A stretch of DNA of 30,881 bases from Macrostomum lignano (taxonomy: Eukaryota). Position 1 is the stretch's first letter. Each line of letters starts with the position of its first letter. The notes under the pieces were generated by a model, which saw only the letters and a program-made list of their open reading frames with translations, was not told the DNA's origin and made no database searches. The stretch covers positions 1 through 30,881 of the forward strand of contig NIVC01000786.1 in NCBI GenBank assembly GCA_002269645.1, written 5' to 3'. The position numbers and the translations under genes are program-made. Below are positions 25,955 through 30,881 of the stretch, in pieces.

Positions 25955-26009
25955 ATTACTGCTGCTGTGCCACCCGCTAACCCTCTTTGTCCCCACCTTC
26001 CAATGCCAG

Positions 26010-26200
26010 TCAAAAACTTCCTCGAGGAGGCCAAGAAGGACTTCCAGGAGAAATGGGACCGGCCGGCCCAGAACACGGCCCAGCTGGAATTCTTCGAGCG
26101 GATCCGCACCCTGGGCACCGGCAGCTTCGGCCGGGTGATGCTGGTGCAGCACAAGGAGAAGAAGGATTTCTACGCTATGAAGATTCTCGACAAGCAGAAG
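26010..26200 (+). CDS. PKA-C: cAMP-dependent protein kinase catalytic subunit, exon (191 nt): (V/F)[63 protein letters not shown]
   Basis: Recognisable PKA-C A-helix, glycine loop GTGSFG and invariant Lys in [14 protein letters not shown] branch motif at 25977, acceptor ccag| at 26009, phase-1 start at the conserved PKA-C intron position, end at AAG|GCGAGT. Confidence 0.97.
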
Positions 26201-26223
26201 GCGAGTGTTTTGAACTTTTCTCC

Positions 26224-26630
26224 AGAATCGCCCCAACCCACAGCTGGGAATCGCCCCAACCCACAGCTGAGAATCGCCCCAATCCACAGCTGAGAATCGC
26301 CACAAACCACAGCTGAGAATCGCCACAAACCACAGCTGAGAATCGCCACAAACCACAGCTGAGAATCGCCCCAACCCACAGCTGAGAATCGCCCCAATCC
26401 ACAGCTGAGAATCGCCACAAACCACAGCTGAGAATCGCCCCAAACCACAGCTGAGAATCGCCACAAACCACAGCTGAGAATCGCCCCAAACCACAGCTGA
26501 GAATCGCCCCAATCCACAGCTGAGAATCGCCACAAACCACAGCTGAGAATCGCCCCAAACCACAGCTGAGAATCGCCCCAAACCACAGCTGGAAAGCGCC
26601 ACAAACCACAGCTGAGAATCGCCCCAATCC
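26224..26630. repeat. 23-bp minisatellite AGAATCGCC(C/A)CAA(A/C/T)CCACAGCTG, about 17-18 copies
   Basis: Read directly. It starts 23 nt after the GC donor. The overlapping ORFs are artefacts. Confidence 0.98.
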
Positions 26631-27067
26631 AGAGCTTTGAATCTCAGTCGCTCTGAAAACTATGCCATAACCTCTAAAGGTTACAGTGCTAGACTCATCC
26701 AGACAAAATTTTCTATTTTAGCTAAATTAATAACATTATTGTCTGAGCATTTGACTGACAGTTGAAGTTTGTCCATAGCAAACACAGCCAGCCGTTAACG
26801 AGTGACACAGTAGATAATTGGAAGGCGTGTTTCGGGCCCGTTTCAAGTGACTTGATTGACAGCTCTTCATTATTCTCGATCTCTAAGTCTTGATTGTGTT
26901 GACTGTTTTCCAGACTCTCTTAATTTGATGAAGCAAATTTGAGCTGGGACTTTTGGGAGACTGGGCTGACGCCAAAGACTGTGGGCCGCCAATTTCTTTT
27001 AGTAGGCTTAGCAATTTGTTTAATCCGCTTTCACTAATTCCCTTCCTTTGTCCGCGCCCTGTTCCAG

Positions 27068-27166
27068 GTTGTCAAGCTGAAGCAGGTCGAGCACACGCTC
27101 AACGAGAAGCGAATCCTGCAGGCCATCAGCTTTCCGTTTCTAGTCAGGCTGGACTACCACTTCAAG
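27068..27166 (+). CDS. PKA-C: PKA-C exon (99 nt): [33 protein letters not shown]
   Basis: Matches PKA-C helices B/C including the conserved Glu in [13 protein letters not shown] at 27034, acceptor ttccag|, donor AAG|GTGAGC, phase 0 at both ends. Confidence 0.98.
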
Positions 27167-27269
27167 GTGAGCTGCAGGCATCTCTGCCGACTTCGTCTGC
27201 GCTGCATTCGCCACCTCTGACATCGGCTGGGCCACCCTCCTAGACCCTCAGATAATCAAGTAAGGAGGA

Positions 27270-29295
27270 AGTCAGCCTCCCCGATCCTCAGACTGAGCAG
27301 TCAGCTTCCCAGATCCTAAGGTTGAGCAGTCAGCTTCCCAGATCCTCAGACTGAGCAGTTAGCTTCCCCGATCCTCAGACTGAGCAGTCAGCTTCCCAGA
27401 TCCTAAGGTTGAGCAGTCAGCTTCCCAGATCCTCAGACTGAGCAGTTAGCTTCCCCGATCCTAAGGTTGAGCAGTCAGCTTCCCAGATCCTCAGACTGAG
27501 CAGTTAGCTTCCCGATCCTAAGGTTGAGCAGTCAGCCTCCCAGATCCTCAGACTGAGCAGTTAGCTTCCCAGGTCTTAAGGTTGAGCAGTCAGCTTCCCA
27601 GGTTCTCAGGTTGAGCAGTCAGCCCCCAGATTCTCAGATTGAGCAGTCAGCCCCAGGTTCTCAGGTTGAGCAGTCAGCCCCCAGATTCTCAGATTGAGCA
27701 GTCAGCTTCTCAGGTTGAGCAGTCAGCCCCCAGATTCTCAGATTGAGCAGTCAGCTTCCCAGGTTCTCAGGTTGAGCAGTCAGCCCCCCAGATTCTCAGA
27801 TTGAGCAGTCAGCTTCTCAGGTTGAGCAGTCAGCCCCTCAGATTCTCAGATTGAGCAGTCAGCTTCCCAGGTTCTCAGGTTGAGCAGTCAGCCCCCAGAT
27901 TCTCAGATTGAGCAGTCAGCTTCTCAGGTTGAGCAGTCAGCCCCTCAGATTCTCAGATTGAGCAGTCAGCTTCCCAGGTTCTCAGGTTGAGCAGTCAGCC
28001 CCCAGATTCTCAGATTGAGCAGTCAGCTTCTCAGGTTGAGCAGTCAGCCCCCAGATTCTCAGATTGAGCAGTCAGCTTCTCAGGTTCTCAGGTTGAGCAG
28101 TCAGCCCCCAGATTCTCAGATTGAGCAGTCAGCTTCCCAGGTTCTCAGGTTGAGCAGTCAGCCCACCAGATTCTCAGATTGAGCAGTCAGCTTCCCAGGT
28201 TCTCAGGTTGAGTAGTCAGCCCACCAGATTCTCAGATTGAGCAGTCAGCTTCCCAGGTTCTCAGGTTGAGCAGTCAGCTTCCCAGATCCTCAGACTGAGC
28301 AGTTAGCTTCCCGATCCTAAGGTTGAGCAGTCAGCTTCCCAGATCCTCAGACTGAGCAGTTAGCTTCCCCGATCCTAAGGTTGAGCAGTCAGCCTCCCAG
28401 ATCCTCAGACTGAGCAGTTAGCTTCCCAGGTCTTAAGGTTGAGCAGTCAGCTTCCCAGGTTCTCAGGTTGAGCAGTCAGCCCCCCAGATTCTCAGATTGA
28501 GCAGTCAGCTTCTCAGGTTGAGCAGTCAGCCCCTCAGATTCTCAGATTGAGCAGTCAGCTTCCCAGGTTCTCAGGTTGAGCAGTCAGCCCCCAGATTCTC
28601 AGATTGAGCAGTCAGCTTCTCAGGTTGAGCAGTCAGCCCCTCAGATTCTCAGATTGAGCAGTCAGCTTCCCAGGTTCCCAGGTTGAGCAGTCAGCCCCCC
28701 AGATTCTCAGATTGAGCAGTCAGCTTCTCAGGTTGAGCAGTCAGCCCCTCAGATTCTCAGATTGAGCAGTCAGCTTCCCAGGTTCTCAGGTTGAGCAGTC
28801 AGCCCCCCAGATTCTCAGATTGAGCAGTCAGCTTCTCAGGTTGAGCAGTCAGCCCCCCAGATTCTCAGATTGAGCAGTCAGCTTCTCAGGTTCTCAGGTT
28901 GAGCAGTCAGCCCCCAGATTCTCAGATTGAGCAGTCAGCTTCCCAGGTTCTCAGGTTGAGCAGTCAGCCCACCAGATTCTCAGATTGAGCAGTCAGCTTC
29001 CCAGGTTCTCAGGTTGAGTAGTCAGCCCACCAGATTCTCAGATTGAGCAGTCAGCTTCCCAGGTTCTCAGGTTGAGCAGTCAGCGGCCCCCAGATTCTCA
29101 GGTTGAGCAGTCAGCCCACCAGATTCTCAGATTGAGCAGTCAGCTTCCCAGGTTCTCAGGTTGAGCAGTCAGCTTTCCAGATCCTCAGATCAAAATTTTC
29201 AGGTCAATCAGACTAAGCAGTCAGCTTCCCAGATTCTCAGACTGAGCAGTTAGTCAGCTTGAGCAGTCAGTCAGCTTGAGCAGTCAGCTTCCCAG
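27270..29295. repeat. Compound minisatellite, 21-29-bp units built on TGAGCAGTCAGC (for example TGAGCAGTCAGCTTCCCAGATCCTCAGAC), about 2 kb, roughly 75 copies
   Basis: Read directly; alternating unit variants. Confidence 0.98.
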
Positions 29296-29974
29296 AGGCA
29301 GCCGCGCACCGAATCGAACCAGAAGTCGTGGTGCGAGAGTCAGACGCGTTTGCCGCTGAGCTGCTCTGCCCCCGACTGCGCACAGCCACCCTCCCTGATT
29401 CTCAGATCAGATCTGTCTTCAGATCTTCAGAGTATCCCAGTGGCTGCTGTCAGGCAGGTCCCCGCTAGCAGGGGGCTGCGGGCAGGGTGGGTGCTACAGC
29501 GGGAGAGGCCGGCCGGCCTGCCGGACTGCCTGAGAAGTTCTGTCTCTAATTATGCCGGGGAGAGCGGCAGAGCTTCTCCTGCTCGGGGCAATAAATTGCT
29601 CCTGGGTCTATAATTGCCGTCCCGATCGGCCCGTTATGGCGGCAATTTTCTCCCCCATCATTAATTAGTACCCGGGGGCTGCCTTAGCGGCCACTAATCA
29701 ATGCACTTTTGTAGGCCCCGTCCCGAGCTCAGGTGAGGCAGGGGAGAGTTCTCAGCGCTTCTCCCTGCTCATCTTTTCTTTTTGAGCGGGGGATTATTTT
29801 GCTGCTTCGGAGAGCACATTCCTGTCTCACGGCTTCCTCTTCTGAGGAGGAAGAGACGGCTGGAGCACCTCGGGTCATCTGCCTGTTTTATCTGATGTTT
29901 CTCAGCAGCTTGTTAAAGCTGTGCGTATTTGGCCATCCCGCTAATCCCATGCCGCCCCGCTGAAATCCCCTCAG

Positions 29975-30057
29975 GACAACAGCAACCTCTACATGGTGCT
30001 GGAGTTTGTCAACGGCGGAGAGATGTTCTCCCACCTGCGCCGCATCGGCAGGTTCAG
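29975..30057 (+). CDS. PKA-C: PKA-C exon (83 nt): [28 protein letters not shown] (phase 2)
   Basis: Matches the PKA-C hinge region DNSNLYMV.E...[20 protein letters not shown] at 29941, acceptor cccctcag|, donor CAG|GTGAGC. Later exons lie outside the window. Confidence 0.98.
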
Positions 30058-30150
30058 GTGAGCGACTGGCCGGTCTCCGATTGCTCACTGGGTCACGTGA
30101 CTATTGCATGCATGCCATTCAGCCACAGGGTGTAGCGTGCCTTCTCCTGT

Positions 30151-30719
30151 CTGTACACATGTTCCCAACCTGACTGTACACATGTTCCCAACCTGACTGT
30201 ACACATGTCCCCAACCTGACTGTACACATGTCCCCAACCTGACTGTACACATGTCCCCAACCTGACTGTACACATGTCCCCAACCTGACTGTAGACATGT
30301 CCCCAACCTGACTGTACACATGTCCCCAACCTGACTGTAGACATGTCCCCAACCTGACTGTAGACATGTCCCTAACCTGACTGTAGACATGTCCCCAACC
30401 TGACTGTAGACATGTCCCTAACCTGACTGTAGACATGTCCCCAACCTGACTGTAGACATGTCCCCAACCTGACTGTACACATGTCCCCAACCACATGTCC
30501 CCAACCTGACTGTAGACATGTCCCCAACCTGACTGTAGACATGTCCCCAACCTGACTGTAGACATGTCCCCAACCTGACTGTACACATGTCCCCAACCTG
30601 ACTGTACACATGTCCCAAACCTGACTGTACACATGTCCCCAACCTGACTGTACACATGTCCCCAACCATCCTGTACACATGTCCCCAAATACATGTCCCC
30701 AACCATCCTGTACACATGT
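30151..30719. repeat. 23-bp minisatellite CTGTA(C/G)ACATGTCCCCAACCTGA, about 24 copies
   Basis: Read directly. The 23-aa periodic ORFs on the minus strand are artefacts. Confidence 0.98.
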
Positions 30720-30881
30720 TTCGTATTGCTTCATTGCTTCGTACAAGTCTGCTAGTGTAGAATATTAATTTAGTTGCCAAGAATTTGGGCCCCTGAGCTG
30801 CCTGCGCTCTCCAAGCCAGCATTTCGAAACTGATTGGTGAATTCCAGCGAGCCAGTAACCAGACTGTACGGAGCCCAGGTC

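Noticed and set aside
25967-26293. ORF-track protein [18 protein letters not shown]...QKASVLNFS as a single-exon gene, or ATG 26003 as the start
   Set aside because: The upstream part is the branch point and pyrimidine tract of the acceptor at a conserved intron position, and the downstream part runs into intronic minisatellite.

Overview
Repeat-rich animal genomic DNA. It contains the 5' part of a + strand gene for a cAMP-dependent protein kinase (PKA) catalytic subunit. Three coding exons are firmly supported (26010-26200, 27068-27166, 29975-30057), and the gene continues beyond the window. The intron after 26200 has a GC donor. No canonical MGNxxxxK first exon is present. Instead there are two good candidate alternative N-terminal exons (ATG 10969 and ATG 12189) and some weaker ones, all ending in the phase-1 donor needed to join exon 26010. 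The introns and upstream DNA carry long tandem arrays: (CAGA)n 2.3 kb, (GATA)n 0.6 kb, a 34-bp unit over 6.2 kb, two different 23-bp units, a ~29-bp unit over 2 kb and (TATTC)n. They also carry transposon relics: a near full-length Merlin (IS1595-like) transposase pseudogene with a nested hAT-type MITE, a hAT transposase fragment, an internally deleted RTE-like LINE and a small hairpin MITE. The LINE family and the repeat-filled introns suggest a flatworm such as Macrostomum; this is from recollection, not a search. I cannot demonstrate a new biological system from this sequence alone. The best leads are: (i) a CpA/TpG-to-TpA-biased, RIP-like hypermutation signature in the DNA-transposon relics, together with a 7.7-kb CpG-free block; (ii) a cassette of alternative PKA N-termini; (iii) intron-specific C-rich arrays that spare the splice signals. 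Most ORFs in the supplied track are artefacts of repeats or high GC content.
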